DNA of 64,000 nt from an uncultured Rhodospirillales bacterium (GCA_965603075.1 CBFDBO010000008.1:9098-73097), one strand, 5' to 3'. Counted from the first letter of the stretch, positions 39,107 through 49,970 are shown. Numbers and translations are program-made. The notes: a model not told the origin generated them from the sequence alone.

Positions 39107-39858
39107 TCAGTTTTCAGCAAAGGAAGCACGTTACAGGCTTCTAAAACACTCGATACTGTCATAACTGTAAAATTTGGCGCGCTTAATTCTATTGTCTTTT
39201 GACGCTCAATTTCGGCTTCTTTAAAGCGTGTGCCAACATGAATGCCGCCGCGCAAACCCGCATTAATACCCGCCTTAACATCATCGGCTTTATCGCCAAT
39301 GACCCAAGACTTTGCTAAATCGATATTAAAGTGCGTTGACGCTAAATTTAACATGCCCGGATTGGGCTTTCTGAATGGATGATTGTCGAACGTATAGGGG
39401 GCAACGCCGTCTTTGTGATAAGGGCAGGCATATACACAATCCCAGTGGGGTTTGATGGGGGGGGTGATGGGAGGATTGAGGAGGGAACTAACGGGGACGG
39501 GGGTACTGGAGACCTCCAATTGACGGGCAATTTCATTTTGAACAGCCTCAAGTGTATCCCAATCGAAATACCCACGCCCGACGCCTGATTGATTGGTAAT
39601 AACAATAACGGGAATGGAAGCTTTGTTTGCCGCAGCAATCATGGTCGCCGCCCCTTCGTGAAGCACGACATCCTCGACTCGGCTTAAATAATTAACATCG
39701 ACATTAATAACACCATCTCTATCCAAGAAGAGCGCTGGTGTCGGTTTTTTTGAGGCCACCAGAGCGTTAGGGTGTAATGAAATCCAAACACCATTATCAT
39801 CAATATACGGAAACTTTTGTTCCGGTAGTTGATGTGAAGGGGGGATTTCATTTATCAT
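39103..39858 (-). CDS. HAD-IIIA hydrolase, GmhB-like (D,D-heptose 1,7-bisphosphate phosphatase family), atypical
   Basis: FLDRDGVIN, ITNQSGVGRGYF, RKPNPGML and GDKADDVKAG motifs. A Pro/Ser-rich insert (SSTPVPVSSLLNPPITPPIKP) is present and the CxC part of the zinc motif is missing. Confidence 0.68.
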   Translation of the reverse strand: MINEIPPSHQLPEQKFPYIDDNGVWISLHPNALVASKKPTPALFLDRDGVINVDVNYLSRVEDVVLHEGAATMIAAANKASIPVIVITNQSGVGRGYFDWDTLEAVQNEIARQLEVSSTPVPVSSLLNPPITPPIKPHWDCVYACPYHKDGVAPYTFDNHPFRKPNPGMLNLASTHFNIDLAKSWVIGDKADDVKAGINAGLRGGIHVGTRFKEAEIERQKTIELSAPNFTVMTVSSVLEACNVLPLLKTD

Positions 39859-39924
39859 GATTATTGATACAGTCTAATTTTGTTGCTCAGTTAATTATTA
39901 TTAATTCAAGGCTATAAACATTCC

Positions 39925-40353
39925 ATGAACGAGTCTTACAATAATACACCAACTTTACCACCAAAGATCGTTGTACAGAACCCCGTATTGCGATGGATAT
40001 TAATAACCTTTGGTTGGGTATTGGTCGCAATAGGGATAATCGGGGTGTTTATTCCCGTGCTACCAACGACTGTGTTTCTAATTGGGGCCGTATGGGCTTT
40101 TACCCGCAGTTCCAGACGGTTCCAGAAATGGCTTTGGTATCATCCAACATTTGGGACGCCCCTGCAGGATTGGTATGCATTTCGTGTCATACCAATCAAA
40201 GCCAAAATATTGGCCGTCTTCATGATGATGCTCAGTGTAACAATCATGGTATTTTTCTATCAGGATAATTTATTAATCCCCCTCTATATGACAGGCGCAT
40301 TTATCCCCATAGCATTATATATCTGTTCGCGGGCAAGTGTGCGTCCCCAATAA
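39925..40353 (+). CDS. YbaN family (DUF454) inner-membrane protein
   Basis: GIIGVFIPVLPTTVFLIGAVWAFTRSS.RF..WL motif. Confidence 0.8.
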   Translation: MNESYNNTPTLPPKIVVQNPVLRWILITFGWVLVAIGIIGVFIPVLPTTVFLIGAVWAFTRSSRRFQKWLWYHPTFGTPLQDWYAFRVIPIKAKILAVFMMMLSVTIMVFFYQDNLLIPLYMTGAFIPIALYICSRASVRPQ

Positions 40354-40376
40354 GATCAAATAAGATCCAATAAGAC
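40347..40376. repeat. 10-bp tandem repeat x3 beginning in the last codons of the ybaN-like gene
   Basis: CCAATAAGAT CAAATAAGAT CCAATAAGAC. The first unit contains the CAA-TAA end of the CDS. Confidence 0.85.
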
Positions 40377-40389
40377 GGTTATTGCTGGA

Positions 40390-41568
40390 TTAACTAAAGG
40401 CCTGCAGACCCGTTTGCGCGCGTCCAAGAATTAACGCATGCACATCATGGGTACCTTCGTAGGTATTAACGGCTTCTAGATTCATCACGTGCCGGATTAC
40501 ATGGAATTCATCGGAAACCCCGTTACCGCCATGCATATCGCGTGCGACCCGAGCGATATCAAGCGATTTGCCACAGGAATTGCGTTTCACCATAGAGATA
40601 TTTTCAGGCGGGCAACGTCCCTCGTCCAATAAATGAGCCACGCGCAAGCAAGCTTGTAAGGATATGGTGATTTCGGTCTGCATATCAGCTAATTTCTTTT
40701 GAATGAGCTGGGTTGCCGCCAATGGGCGACCAAACTGTTTGCGATCAAGAGTATACTGGCGAGCTGCATGCCAACAATATTCCGCCGCCCCCAATGCTCC
40801 CCAAGAAATACCAAAGCGGGCTTTGTTAAGACATCCAAAGGGACCTTTTAAGCCTTTAACGTCTTGGAACATATTTTCTTCCGGTACAAAGACGTTTTCC
40901 ATAACAATTTCGCCCGTAATGGAAGCGCGCAAACTAAATTTGCCTTCAATTTTGGGGGTGCTCAGACCATCCATGCCGCGTTCTAAGACAAATCCCCGTA
41001 TGTCACCGTCCAGCATGGCCCACACAATGCAGATATCAGCCACTGGAGAATTCGTAATCCACATTTTGGCACCATTAAGGCGATACCCGCCATCAACCTT
41101 CTCAGCGCGCGTTTTCATGGACCCAGGATCGGAGCCCGCGTCAGGTTCCGTTAGTCCGAAACAACCGAGTAATTCACCCGTGGCCAGTCTTGGTAGATAC
41201 TTCTGGCGCATTTCTTCGGTGCCATAAGCGTATATGGGGTGCATAACAAGCGAGGATTGAACGCTCATTACCGAACGATACCCGGAATCTACACGCTCTA
41301 CTTCACGAGCAACAAGGCCGTAGCTAACATGATTTACACCGGCGCAACCATATTCTTCGGGGATTGTAGAACCTAACAAACCCAATTCACCCAATTCGTT
41401 CACAATCTCACGATCAAACGTTTCATGACGGTTGGCTTCTAGTATACGAGGCATCAGCTTATCTTGGGCATAATCACGTGCGGTATCGCGTACCAGACGT
41501 TCTTCTTCGTTTAGTTGGTCTTCTAAAAAGAAAGGGTCATCCCATTGAAAAACTGTTTTCTCGGCCAT
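40390..41568 (-). CDS. gcdH: glutaryl-CoA dehydrogenase (acyl-CoA dehydrogenase family)
   Basis: 392 aa. N-terminus F.WDDPF.LEDQL.EEER.VRD and the overall ACAD layout match GcdH. Confidence 0.85.
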   Translation of the reverse strand: MAEKTVFQWDDPFFLEDQLNEEERLVRDTARDYAQDKLMPRILEANRHETFDREIVNELGELGLLGSTIPEEYGCAGVNHVSYGLVAREVERVDSGYRSVMSVQSSLVMHPIYAYGTEEMRQKYLPRLATGELLGCFGLTEPDAGSDPGSMKTRAEKVDGGYRLNGAKMWITNSPVADICIVWAMLDGDIRGFVLERGMDGLSTPKIEGKFSLRASITGEIVMENVFVPEENMFQDVKGLKGPFGCLNKARFGISWGALGAAEYCWHAARQYTLDRKQFGRPLAATQLIQKKLADMQTEITISLQACLRVAHLLDEGRCPPENISMVKRNSCGKSLDIARVARDMHGGNGVSDEFHVIRHVMNLEAVNTYEGTHDVHALILGRAQTGLQAFS

Positions 41569-41687
41569 TGATCAATTAATCCTTATATATCAATTGGTTA
41601 TATTAAATGGTGCGCTGCAATATTTCTAATCTTGTCACGCATTTAAATGGGATGCAATAATACTTTGTTATTAGGAGGGTGAATTAA

Positions 41688-42269
41688 TTACGTTGGCACA
41701 CCGTTCCAACGCTCACACAATTCATGATCAATGCCCAAATGATCAATGGCCCGGGCAACACTATGACGCACCAGATCTGTAATCGTTTTAGGTTTATTAT
41801 AAAAGGCAGGAACCGGTGGCATAATACGCGCGCCAGCGTCAGCCGCCCGGGTCATCAGTTTTAAATGGCCTTTATGGAGAGGTGTCTCCCGTACCATCAA
41901 GACCAAAGGGCGGCGTTCTTTTAACATCACATCTGCGGCTCTCACTAATAAATTAGCAGAGAAGCTGTTTGATACAGCAGATAAAGTTTTAATAGAGCAG
42001 GGGGCGATTAACATCCCTTGTGTTTTAAAAGAACCGCTGGCAATGGCAGAAGCCATATCCTTATTTGGATAATAATGATCGGCCAGAACCCTGACGTCAT
42101 CAAGGCTCATATCGGTTTCAATGGTAATGGTTCGGGCACCATTTTCAGAAATAACCAAATGCGTAGGCACCTCTATTTCACGCAACATGCGTAAAGCTTC
42201 AATACCGTAGATGGCGCCCGTGGCACCGCTAATACCGACAATTACCGGATCGATTTTGGATTGTGACAT
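41688..42269 (-). CDS. ubiX: flavin prenyltransferase UbiX
   Basis: 193 aa with VGISGATGAIYG and APCS.KTL motifs. Confidence 0.9.
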   Translation of the reverse strand: MSQSKIDPVIVGISGATGAIYGIEALRMLREIEVPTHLVISENGARTITIETDMSLDDVRVLADHYYPNKDMASAIASGSFKTQGMLIAPCSIKTLSAVSNSFSANLLVRAADVMLKERRPLVLMVRETPLHKGHLKLMTRAADAGARIMPPVPAFYNKPKTITDLVRHSVARAIDHLGIDHELCERWNGVPT

Positions 42270-42278
42270 GATATAATA

Positions 42279-43757
42279 TTACCTGAATGCGGGTTCGTCA
42301 AAGCTTCGAAGTTTACGGGAATGCAAGGCACGGTGAGCAACGCCTTCTCGCATCATATCAATGGCTTCCAAGCATATCTTTAAGTGTTGGCTTACGCTTT
42401 CTGAATAAAATGCGTTGGCCATTCCGGGCAATTTAATCTCCCCATGCAATGGTTTATCCGACACACATAATAAAGTTCCGTAAGGTACCCGTAATCTAAA
42501 TCCATTGGCCGCTATCGTCGCCGATTCCATATCGACCGCAATGGCGCGTGATTGGTTAAAAAACGTTGCTAATTCATCATAACGCAACTCCCAGTCTCGA
42601 TCATCGGTAGAGACCACCGTGCCTGTGCGAACGCGATGTTTTAGGTCTGACCCTTTGAGGCCCGTTACCTTATCAACAGCCGAGGTCAGGGCAACTTGCA
42701 CCTCCGCGATGGGAGGAACAGGAACACTGAGCGGTAAATCGTTATCCAACACATGATCCAGTCGCGCGTAAGCGTGGGCAAGCACATAGTCCCCCAAACG
42801 CTGTGTATGACGTAACCCGCCACAATGCCCCACCATCAACCAGCAATGAGGCCTGAGGACGGCTATATGATCCGTAATGGTCTTCGCGTTAGAGGGGCCA
42901 ACCCCGATATTGACCAAGGTCACGCCCATATGGCCATCTTTGACCAAATGATACGCTGGCATCTGAGGTAATTTATCAACGACCGTACCACTTGAGGGAA
43001 CATCTGTGAGCCGAGGGTTACATTGCACAGCATTACCGGGTTCGACAAAGGACCTGAATTCGTTTCCATTTTCAATTTCATTACGTCCATATTCGACAAA
43101 TTCGTCTACATAACGTTGGTAATTGGTAAACAAGACAAAGCGTTGGAAGTATTCTGGTTTGGTCCCGGTATAATGACGTAATCGGGATAATGAATAATCA
43201 ACCCGTTCGGCTGTGAACAATGCTAAAGGCTCAGGGTGTCCTTCAATGGGACGGTGGGTGCCATTGGCGACATCATCATCAATTTTAGCCAAGTCCGGCA
43301 TATGAAACCGCTGCGCCATATCGGCAAACTGTTCTTGGCGAAGGTCAATGGTCAAGTTTTCCAATGCAAACGTTAAGGGTAGTTGCCGATTTGAAATACC
43401 GATCCAGATTGGCACCTTATGATTTTTTAACAACAGCTCAATTTGCTCGAGATAATAACTCTTAAACAATTCAGGGTTGGTTACCGTAACGCCGTAATTA
43501 CCAATGTCCGATACCGACCCATAGGACAAACTTTCAAGGTCCAATTTCTCGCTGCTCGGCACATCAATCCATATGCAAGGGTAGCGTGCGTCTGCCTTCG
43601 TCGAGCTTGGATCCCCCGCAACAAAACGGTCGAAATGTTCTTTGAGTAAACTACGGCAATCTGAATAAATTTCGATCAGACGATCGACGGCTTCTGGGGC
43701 GTTATTGAAAGATCGCGCAGCCGTCATAAATGTTATGGGGGGTTGTTTCTTGGTCAA
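42279..43757 (-). CDS. amn: AMP nucleosidase
   Basis: 492 aa with an Amn-specific N-domain plus a PNP/UDP phosphorylase-type catalytic domain (MVGHCGGLR, AVDMESATIA). Confidence 0.88.
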   Translation of the reverse strand: MTKKQPPITFMTAARSFNNAPEAVDRLIEIYSDCRSLLKEHFDRFVAGDPSSTKADARYPCIWIDVPSSEKLDLESLSYGSVSDIGNYGVTVTNPELFKSYYLEQIELLLKNHKVPIWIGISNRQLPLTFALENLTIDLRQEQFADMAQRFHMPDLAKIDDDVANGTHRPIEGHPEPLALFTAERVDYSLSRLRHYTGTKPEYFQRFVLFTNYQRYVDEFVEYGRNEIENGNEFRSFVEPGNAVQCNPRLTDVPSSGTVVDKLPQMPAYHLVKDGHMGVTLVNIGVGPSNAKTITDHIAVLRPHCWLMVGHCGGLRHTQRLGDYVLAHAYARLDHVLDNDLPLSVPVPPIAEVQVALTSAVDKVTGLKGSDLKHRVRTGTVVSTDDRDWELRYDELATFFNQSRAIAVDMESATIAANGFRLRVPYGTLLCVSDKPLHGEIKLPGMANAFYSESVSQHLKICLEAIDMMREGVAHRALHSRKLRSFDEPAFR

Positions 43758-43871
43758 ATGAGCACCTTATTATTTTTTTGTTCTTATGGTTAGATACACT
43801 ATCTTGATTTCAGGCTCTATACTAACCTATTGATCACATCTGTCCACTGTAGGTCCCCTTTAAGGAACAAA

Positions 43872-44861
43872 ATGCGCGTCCTCATAATTTTACCGTTAAT
43901 AATCTTTCTTTTAGGCCAACCATCGAACGTTAATGGTATGGTTTCATGTGTGGTGGCTATCGAAGGTCCCTTACGTCTATCAAGCGGCATTGCCACAAAT
44001 ACCCTAGAAAACAACGTTCACCTTAAAAGCTGTGAGGGAGGGTGGAGCACTATATCAAATCACACTATCAACAAACCACCTCACGAGCCTCAGCCGAATA
44101 TGTTACCCGACGGCGACATCACCTTCGGACGCGCAGCAATTGGCAAAGCGTGGTTGTCTGAACCCACGGACCGATACGGTCATGGCATATTAGGCGATGC
44201 CATAGAGGCAACCGTCATTAACCTACAATTAGGGGATGGCTCTACCGTTAGATTTAAAGTGGATGGAAACGGGGTTTATGAAGACCGACGTGTGCGGCTG
44301 ATTGATCTAACCAATGATGGCCAAGAAGAACTGGTCCTCATTCGCAGTGATGGTGATAACGGGGCAGGGCTTGTTGTTTATCATCTGATTAACAATAGTA
44401 TTAAAGAATTAGCCCGCGCGCCCTCTATAGGACGCCCCAACAGGTGGCTTAACCCTGTTGGGGCTGCGGATTTCAATGGGGACGGAAATGTCGAGATCGC
44501 CTATATTGAAACACCACATATCGGCGGTATTCTGCGGGTTTATGGTTTAGATAAAAACACCATGACATTGAAATATTCAGCCCATGGGTTTTCCAATCAT
44601 CAAATCGGCAGTCGAGTTCTGGATATGTCCGCGGTATTGGATTGGAACGGCGACGGCGTTGCCGATCTGGCTATCCCCGATGCTTCAAGACGGTCTATGC
44701 GAATCATCAGCTTTAAAGACGGAATTTTTCAAGAATTAGCTGTAAAATCCTTCCCTTTAGCTATATCCACAAGTGTCTTGGCGAGCGATGATGATAAAAA
44801 TGGAAAGCCAGAACTCTATTTTGGATTAAGGGATGGTACACTTATCGTCTGGGGTCCATAG
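43872..44861 (+). CDS. secreted FG-GAP/VCBS repeat protein
   Basis: Signal peptide from ATG 43872 with AAGGA upstream. FNGDGNVEIA and DWNGDGVADLA are FG-GAP-type calcium-binding repeats. Confidence 0.7.
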   Translation: MRVLIILPLIIFLLGQPSNVNGMVSCVVAIEGPLRLSSGIATNTLENNVHLKSCEGGWSTISNHTINKPPHEPQPNMLPDGDITFGRAAIGKAWLSEPTDRYGHGILGDAIEATVINLQLGDGSTVRFKVDGNGVYEDRRVRLIDLTNDGQEELVLIRSDGDNGAGLVVYHLINNSIKELARAPSIGRPNRWLNPVGAADFNGDGNVEIAYIETPHIGGILRVYGLDKNTMTLKYSAHGFSNHQIGSRVLDMSAVLDWNGDGVADLAIPDASRRSMRIISFKDGIFQELAVKSFPLAISTSVLASDDDKNGKPELYFGLRDGTLIVWGP

Positions 44862-44892
44862 TAATTCAAAAACTGTCCCAAATATTTTATAA

Positions 44893-47800
44893 ATGAGAGA
44901 GCCTAGAATGCAATTTATTGGTCCTTTGCGTGAACCTTCCCCTTTACGCGATATAATTGAACATCATTACCGAATGGACGAGACAGAAATTGTCGATCTT
45001 TTATTAGCAGAGGCTACATTACCGTCATCCACCAATAAAAACATATCAAAACGCGCTTATAGTTTGGTCGAAGAAATTCGCAAACGGGGCAAAGATGCCG
45101 GCGGGCTTGATGCTTTTATGCACGAGTATGAACTTTCCAATCAAGAAGGGCTCGTGCTCATGTGTCTCGCCGAGGCCTTGTTGCGCATTCCTGATTCAAA
45201 AACGGCCAATATGCTCATCAAAGACAAATTAGGGGATGCGGATTGGGACGCTCACTTAGGACAAAGTGATAGCTTATTCGTCAATGCATCAACATTGGCA
45301 CTTATGCTTACCGGGCGGGTTGTAACACTAGAACGCTCTCTGACACGCAATATAAAATCATATCTCAATGGTATGATTACCAAAAGCGGTGAACCGATTA
45401 TTCGACAGGCGATGACCCAGGCCATGAAAATTATTGGTCGTCAATTTGTCATGGGACGCACCATAGAAGAAGCCCTCAAACGGGCGCGTTCTACGGAAGC
45501 CGATGGGTACCGTTATTCTTACGATATGTTAGGCGAGGCGGCTATAACGGTCCATGACGCGGATAATTATATGATGGCTTATACAAAGGCCATCGAAGGT
45601 GTCGGAAAAGCCAGTGGTGATCGTGATTTGTTTGATAGCCCCGGCATATCGGTTAAATTATCGGCCCTTCATCCACGCTATGAGATTGCTCAATACAATC
45701 GCGTTATGGAAGAAGTCGTTCCAAGGTTACTCACCTTGGCTCAACTTGCCAAAGAACATAACATTGGGTTGTGTGTGGACGCAGAAGAAGCGGACCGTTT
45801 GGACCTTCAAATGGATGTACTGGAGGTGGTATCATCTGATCCGTCCCTTGTTGGCTGGGATGGCCTCGGTCTGGCTTTGCAAGCCTATCAAAAACGGGCC
45901 TTTTTTGTTATCGATTGGCTCAATGATTTGGCAAAGCGACATGACCGTCGATTGATGGTCCGGCTGGTAAAAGGTGCCTATTGGGATACCGAGATCAAAC
46001 TAGCCCAAGAAGAAGGGCTTGATGGTTATCCCGTATTTACACGAAAAGCCTCAACCGATGTTTCCTATATTGCCTGTGTTAAAAAACTATTTGGATATAA
46101 TTCAACCATATACCCCCAATTTGCCACCCATAACGCCCACACCCTAGCCACTGTATTGGAGCTTGCGGGAGACAAACACGATTATGAATTCCAATGTCTC
46201 CACGGTATGGGAACCCAGCTTTATGATCAGGTTGTAAAATCGCCAACAAATCCCAAACCCTGTCGCATCTACGCTCCCGTAGGCAGTCATGAAGACTTAT
46301 TGGCGTATCTGGTACGTAGGTTGCTCGAAAACGGCGCCAATTCATCCTTCGTTAATCGCATTGTCGATGAGAGCGCCCCTATTGAAGAGATTATCGCTGA
46401 CCCTTGGAAACAAGTGGATAGTTTAGCTGAAATTCCACACCCGCGCATTCCCTTACCGGGGGATATCTTTGGGGATAACAGAAGAAATTCAACTGGTTTA
46501 GATTTCAGTAACGGCAAGCTTATTCGAAAATTATCTTCTGAGATGCTCGATGTGCCCCAAAGTTGGAAAGCAACACTTAATAGGGGGGGCGGTATAAAAC
46601 GATCTATTCTCTCGCCTTCTAATCCAGAGGATGTTGTTGGAGAAGTTTACGAAGCATCCCCCCTTGATGTGGAACGTATTATAAAACAAGCCGTTCAATC
46701 ATTTGAAGATTGGGATAACACCTCGGCTGATGAGCGTGCTTCATGTTTGGAACGAGCGGCTGATCTTTTAGAAACTCATACACCAGAATTGCTGGCTTTG
46801 TTGGTCAGAGAAGCAGGGAAATCATTATCAGATTGCATCCCAGAAATACGGGAAGCCGTAGACTTTTGTCGGTATTACGCCCATCAAGCTCGGTTGGATT
46901 TCTCAAATCCACAAGAAATGCCCGGACCAACGGGTGAGCTGAACGAAGTATCCTTGCATGGTCGAGGGGTCTTTGCCTGTATCAGTCCTTGGAACTTCCC
47001 ATTGGCTATTTTCATGGGACAAATTACCGCCGCTTTGGCTGCTGGTAATTCGGTTATTGCAAAACCGGCAGAACAAACACCCCTGATCGCCGCCCGCGCC
47101 ATCGAAATTTTACATGAAGCCGGCGTACCGATTGACGTGGTTCAGTTATTACCCGGTGATGGCGCAAACGTGGGTAAGCCCTTGGTCGATGATGAACGTA
47201 TTTGCGGTATCGCCTTTACCGGATCAACGCTGACAGCCAAATTAATCCAACAAGGCTTAGCCGATAGAAAAGGGGCCATTGTTCCTTTCATCGCCGAAAC
47301 AGGCGGTCAAAACGCCATGATTGTCGATAGCTCTGCCTTACCCGAACAAGTGGTCTCTGATGCGGTATTCTCGGCGTTTCGAAGCGCTGGACAACGCTGT
47401 TCAGCCCTACGGGTTTTATTTATTCAAAATGATATCATGGAGGGGGTCTGTGAAATGCTCGCAGGGGCAACAATGGAATTAAAGGTCGGTGATCCAGGAT
47501 TGCTGGCAAATGATGTTGGTCCTGTGATCGATCAAAAGGCGCTTGATCTGCTAAACGCTCACGCCAAAAGAATGGATAAAGAAGCCCTTAAACTATGCGA
47601 AGCCCCTTTAAATCCGGAATGTGATAAAGGGACATATTTCGCCCCTTGTGCGTACCGTATTGAAAGCCTGAACCAGTTAAAAGGCGAAGTATTCGGCCCC
47701 ATTATACATGTTATTGGTTTTGATGCTAAAAATTTGGATGGCGTGATTGATGATATCAATAATACAGGATATGGACTGACGCTGGGTGTCCATTCTCGTA

Positions 47801-48039
47801 TCGATGATACCATAGAGCATGTTCGCAAACGGGCGCGTGTTGGGAACTTGTATGTAAACCGCAATATGATTGGTGCTGTCGTAGGGGTACAGCCCTTTGG
47901 GGGGCAGGGTTTGTCAGGAACAGGACCAAAAGCAGGGGGGCCTCGTTATCTCCACCGGTTCGCCAGCGAACGAACGTGTTCGATTAATACAACGGCCTCT
48001 GGTGGCAATACGGCCTTGATGTCCTTGCAGGAAGACTAA
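44893..48039 (+). CDS. putA: bifunctional proline dehydrogenase / L-glutamate gamma-semialdehyde dehydrogenase PutA
   Basis: 1048 aa with a PRODH barrel followed by an ALDH domain (FTGST, ETGGQNAMIVDSSALPEQ, catalytic Cys in GQRCSALR). ATG 44908 is an alternative start. Confidence 0.93.
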   Translation: MREPRMQFIGPLREPSPLRDIIEHHYRMDETEIVDLLLAEATLPSSTNKNISKRAYSLVEEIRKRGKDAGGLDAFMHEYELSNQEGLVLMCLAEALLRIPDSKTANMLIKDKLGDADWDAHLGQSDSLFVNASTLALMLTGRVVTLERSLTRNIKSYLNGMITKSGEPIIRQAMTQAMKIIGRQFVMGRTIEEALKRARSTEADGYRYSYDMLGEAAITVHDADNYMMAYTKAIEGVGKASGDRDLFDSPGISVKLSALHPRYEIAQYNRVMEEVVPRLLTLAQLAKEHNIGLCVDAEEADRLDLQMDVLEVVSSDPSLVGWDGLGLALQAYQKRAFFVIDWLNDLAKRHDRRLMVRLVKGAYWDTEIKLAQEEGLDGYPVFTRKASTDVSYIACVKKLFGYNSTIYPQFATHNAHTLATVLELAGDKHDYEFQCLHGMGTQLYDQVVKSPTNPKPCRIYAPVGSHEDLLAYLVRRLLENGANSSFVNRIVDESAPIEEIIADPWKQVDSLAEIPHPRIPLPGDIFGDNRRNSTGLDFSNGKLIRKLSSEMLDVPQSWKATLNRGGGIKRSILSPSNPEDVVGEVYEASPLDVERIIKQAVQSFEDWDNTSADERASCLERAADLLETHTPELLALLVREAGKSLSDCIPEIREAVDFCRYYAHQARLDFSNPQEMPGPTGELNEVSLHGRGVFACISPWNFPLAIFMGQITAALAAGNSVIAKPAEQTPLIAARAIEILHEAGVPIDVVQLLPGDGANVGKPLVDDERICGIAFTGSTLTAKLIQQGLADRKGAIVPFIAETGGQNAMIVDSSALPEQVVSDAVFSAFRSAGQRCSALRVLFIQNDIMEGVCEMLAGATMELKVGDPGLLANDVGPVIDQKALDLLNAHAKRMDKEALKLCEAPLNPECDKGTYFAPCAYRIESLNQLKGEVFGPIIHVIGFDAKNLDGVIDDINNTGYGLTLGVHSRIDDTIEHVRKRARVGNLYVNRNMIGAVVGVQPFGGQGLSGTGPKAGGPRYLHRFASERTCSINTTASGGNTALMSLQED

Positions 48040-48059
48040 GTGCGCGCTATAGACTTCTT

Positions 48060-48413
48060 ATGATTATTAAACCGATCCACCTTTTAATAGTATTGATGGC
48101 CTATGCTGTTTCAGCATGTTCAGCACCGCCTTATGTGCTTAATGCCAACGAATTCAATCGCGGTTCAGTGAATTTTGGTCACGAACCAGAAGATATAACC
48201 GACGTAACGATTTGCTATCAAAGCAATGGAACCACCCCAGAACAGGTCATGTCTTTAGCGTCAGAACGCTGTCAACAATATGGTAAAAAAGCAGTGTACG
48301 ACTCACAAAACTATACTATGTGTCCGTTGCTCACCCCTTCTGCTGCGACCTTTATCTGTGAGAAACCAACAGAAAATCCATCTCTCTATAACTTTGAAAG
48401 TTTTCAATATTAA
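48060..48413 (+). CDS. hypothetical lipoprotein
   Basis: 117 aa with lipobox AVSAC and four further Cys. I recognise no family. Confidence 0.5.
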   Translation: MIIKPIHLLIVLMAYAVSACSAPPYVLNANEFNRGSVNFGHEPEDITDVTICYQSNGTTPEQVMSLASERCQQYGKKAVYDSQNYTMCPLLTPSAATFICEKPTENPSLYNFESFQY

Positions 48414-48499
48414 TAATTAGTTAGATGACTTTTAAAATAATTTAGATTAAGTTAATGTGTCGTAAATTTATAGAAACATTAGGACTGGGGAGAAACTCC

Positions 48500-48985
48500 A
48501 TGAAAAAGATAGCAAGAACTGCTGTCGTAATGCTAACGCTGGCAACAACCGCGTGCAGCACACAACCCACCAACGAAGATCTCTTCGGTTGGACGGGTGC
48601 AGCAATTGGGGCCGCGGCTGGCGGTTGGCTAGGCTCACAGATTGGGGGCGGCACAGGCAAATTACTTTATACAATAAGTGGCGCAATAATTGGTGGCAGT
48701 GCTGGTTATGAAACAGGTCGATCCTTAATGTTCGCCGATCGACCTTCTTACAATAATGCTGTAGCTGAAGCCTTAAGTGGTAGCGGAAAATCTTTGTGGG
48801 ATAACCCGACAACGGGTACAGGCGGATATATTCGGGCCGGGCAAGCTTACCTAGACGGCAATGGCACTCATTGTCGTAATTTTACTGCGACGGTCGCCTT
48901 TAATGATGATGTCCTGAATGGTCCGGGTGCAGCCTGTCGCACTGGAGACGGGGACTGGGTATTGGTTGCGGACGCTTTCCAATAA
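48500..48985 (+). CDS. 17-kDa surface-antigen-like lipoprotein (glycine-zipper plus C-terminal domain)
   Basis: ATG 48500 with GGGAGA upstream, lipobox LATTAC, glycine zipper GAAIGAAAGGWLGSQIGGG, and a C-terminal CR.F....CR..DG.W pattern. Confidence 0.62.
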   Translation: MKKIARTAVVMLTLATTACSTQPTNEDLFGWTGAAIGAAAGGWLGSQIGGGTGKLLYTISGAIIGGSAGYETGRSLMFADRPSYNNAVAEALSGSGKSLWDNPTTGTGGYIRAGQAYLDGNGTHCRNFTATVAFNDDVLNGPGAACRTGDGDWVLVADAFQ

Positions 48986-49052
48986 TCGCTCTATTTCTAA
49001 TTGTTCGTTAATTTATATTGTAATCTTTCGCAGGATTGATACATGATATGCC

Positions 49053-49880
49053 ATGAAAAGCATTATCATAACAATTTTTGGCAGCTACCTTTGTATCATC
49101 GTGTTGGTCTATATCTTTCAACGAAATTTGATGTATTCCCCTGGGCAGGAAGTTCTCACACCTCAAGACACAGACGTTCCAGAAATGTCGGTCATTAATT
49201 TGACGACCCAAGACGGTTTGGCGATTAACTCTTGGTACGCCCCCCCCCAAACAGACCAAAAACCCGTGGTTTTGATTTATCATGGTAATGCAGGCACCAT
49301 TGCGGGCAGAGACTTCAAAGCACGTTATTTCCTTGATGCAGGATATGGCGTATTATTGGTCGGTTATAGAGGATATGCCAACAACCCCGGCTCACCCAGT
49401 GAAACAGGGTTATATGATGATGCAAGAACAGCCTTTAAACACCTCATAAATCAAGACTTTGCACCTGAGCGTATTGTTTTGTATGGGGAATCATTGGGAT
49501 GCGCCATAGCCATCCAAATGGCTTATGAAGTTCATCAAGGTCTAATGACCGGTACGCCAGATCAAGTTGCTGGCATAATCTTAGAAGCCCCCTTTACCAC
49601 CATGGGGGATACAGCAGCGTCCCATTATCCGTGGCTGCCAGCTAACTTACTGGTCAAAGATAAATTCAATTCCATTGATAAAATTCCATCCCTTAAATCC
49701 CCCCTTATGATAGTGCATGGATCAAAAGACCGGACGATTGCGCAATCACACGGTAAATTGCTCTTTGACAAAGCAAGCTCACAAAAAGAGGCATTATGGC
49801 CCGATCAAGCGGGTCATAATGATTTATTTGATTTTGGAATTGGACCTAAAATCATTAACTGGATGGCAAAAATACTTTAA
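49053..49880 (+). CDS. alpha/beta hydrolase
   Basis: N-terminal TM segment, nucleophile elbow GESLGC, and a distal HG.KD...H pattern. Confidence 0.8.
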   Translation: MKSIIITIFGSYLCIIVLVYIFQRNLMYSPGQEVLTPQDTDVPEMSVINLTTQDGLAINSWYAPPQTDQKPVVLIYHGNAGTIAGRDFKARYFLDAGYGVLLVGYRGYANNPGSPSETGLYDDARTAFKHLINQDFAPERIVLYGESLGCAIAIQMAYEVHQGLMTGTPDQVAGIILEAPFTTMGDTAASHYPWLPANLLVKDKFNSIDKIPSLKSPLMIVHGSKDRTIAQSHGKLLFDKASSQKEALWPDQAGHNDLFDFGIGPKIINWMAKIL

Positions 49881-49930
49881 AATATTTTACCACTAAAAGT
49901 ATACAAAGCCATCTATACCCCCCGTAAACC

Positions 49931-49970
49931 TTGACTCTTTATAGTAATATTAATAAAATAAATATTACTA
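49931..49970 (+). promoter_or_regulatory. candidate promoter with an overlapping perfect 10-bp inverted repeat (operator-like)
   Basis: TTGACT (49931-36), 17-nt spacer, TAAAAT (49954-59). The inverted repeat TAGTAATATT (49942-51) / AATATTACTA (49961-70) straddles the -10 element. Confidence 0.4.
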
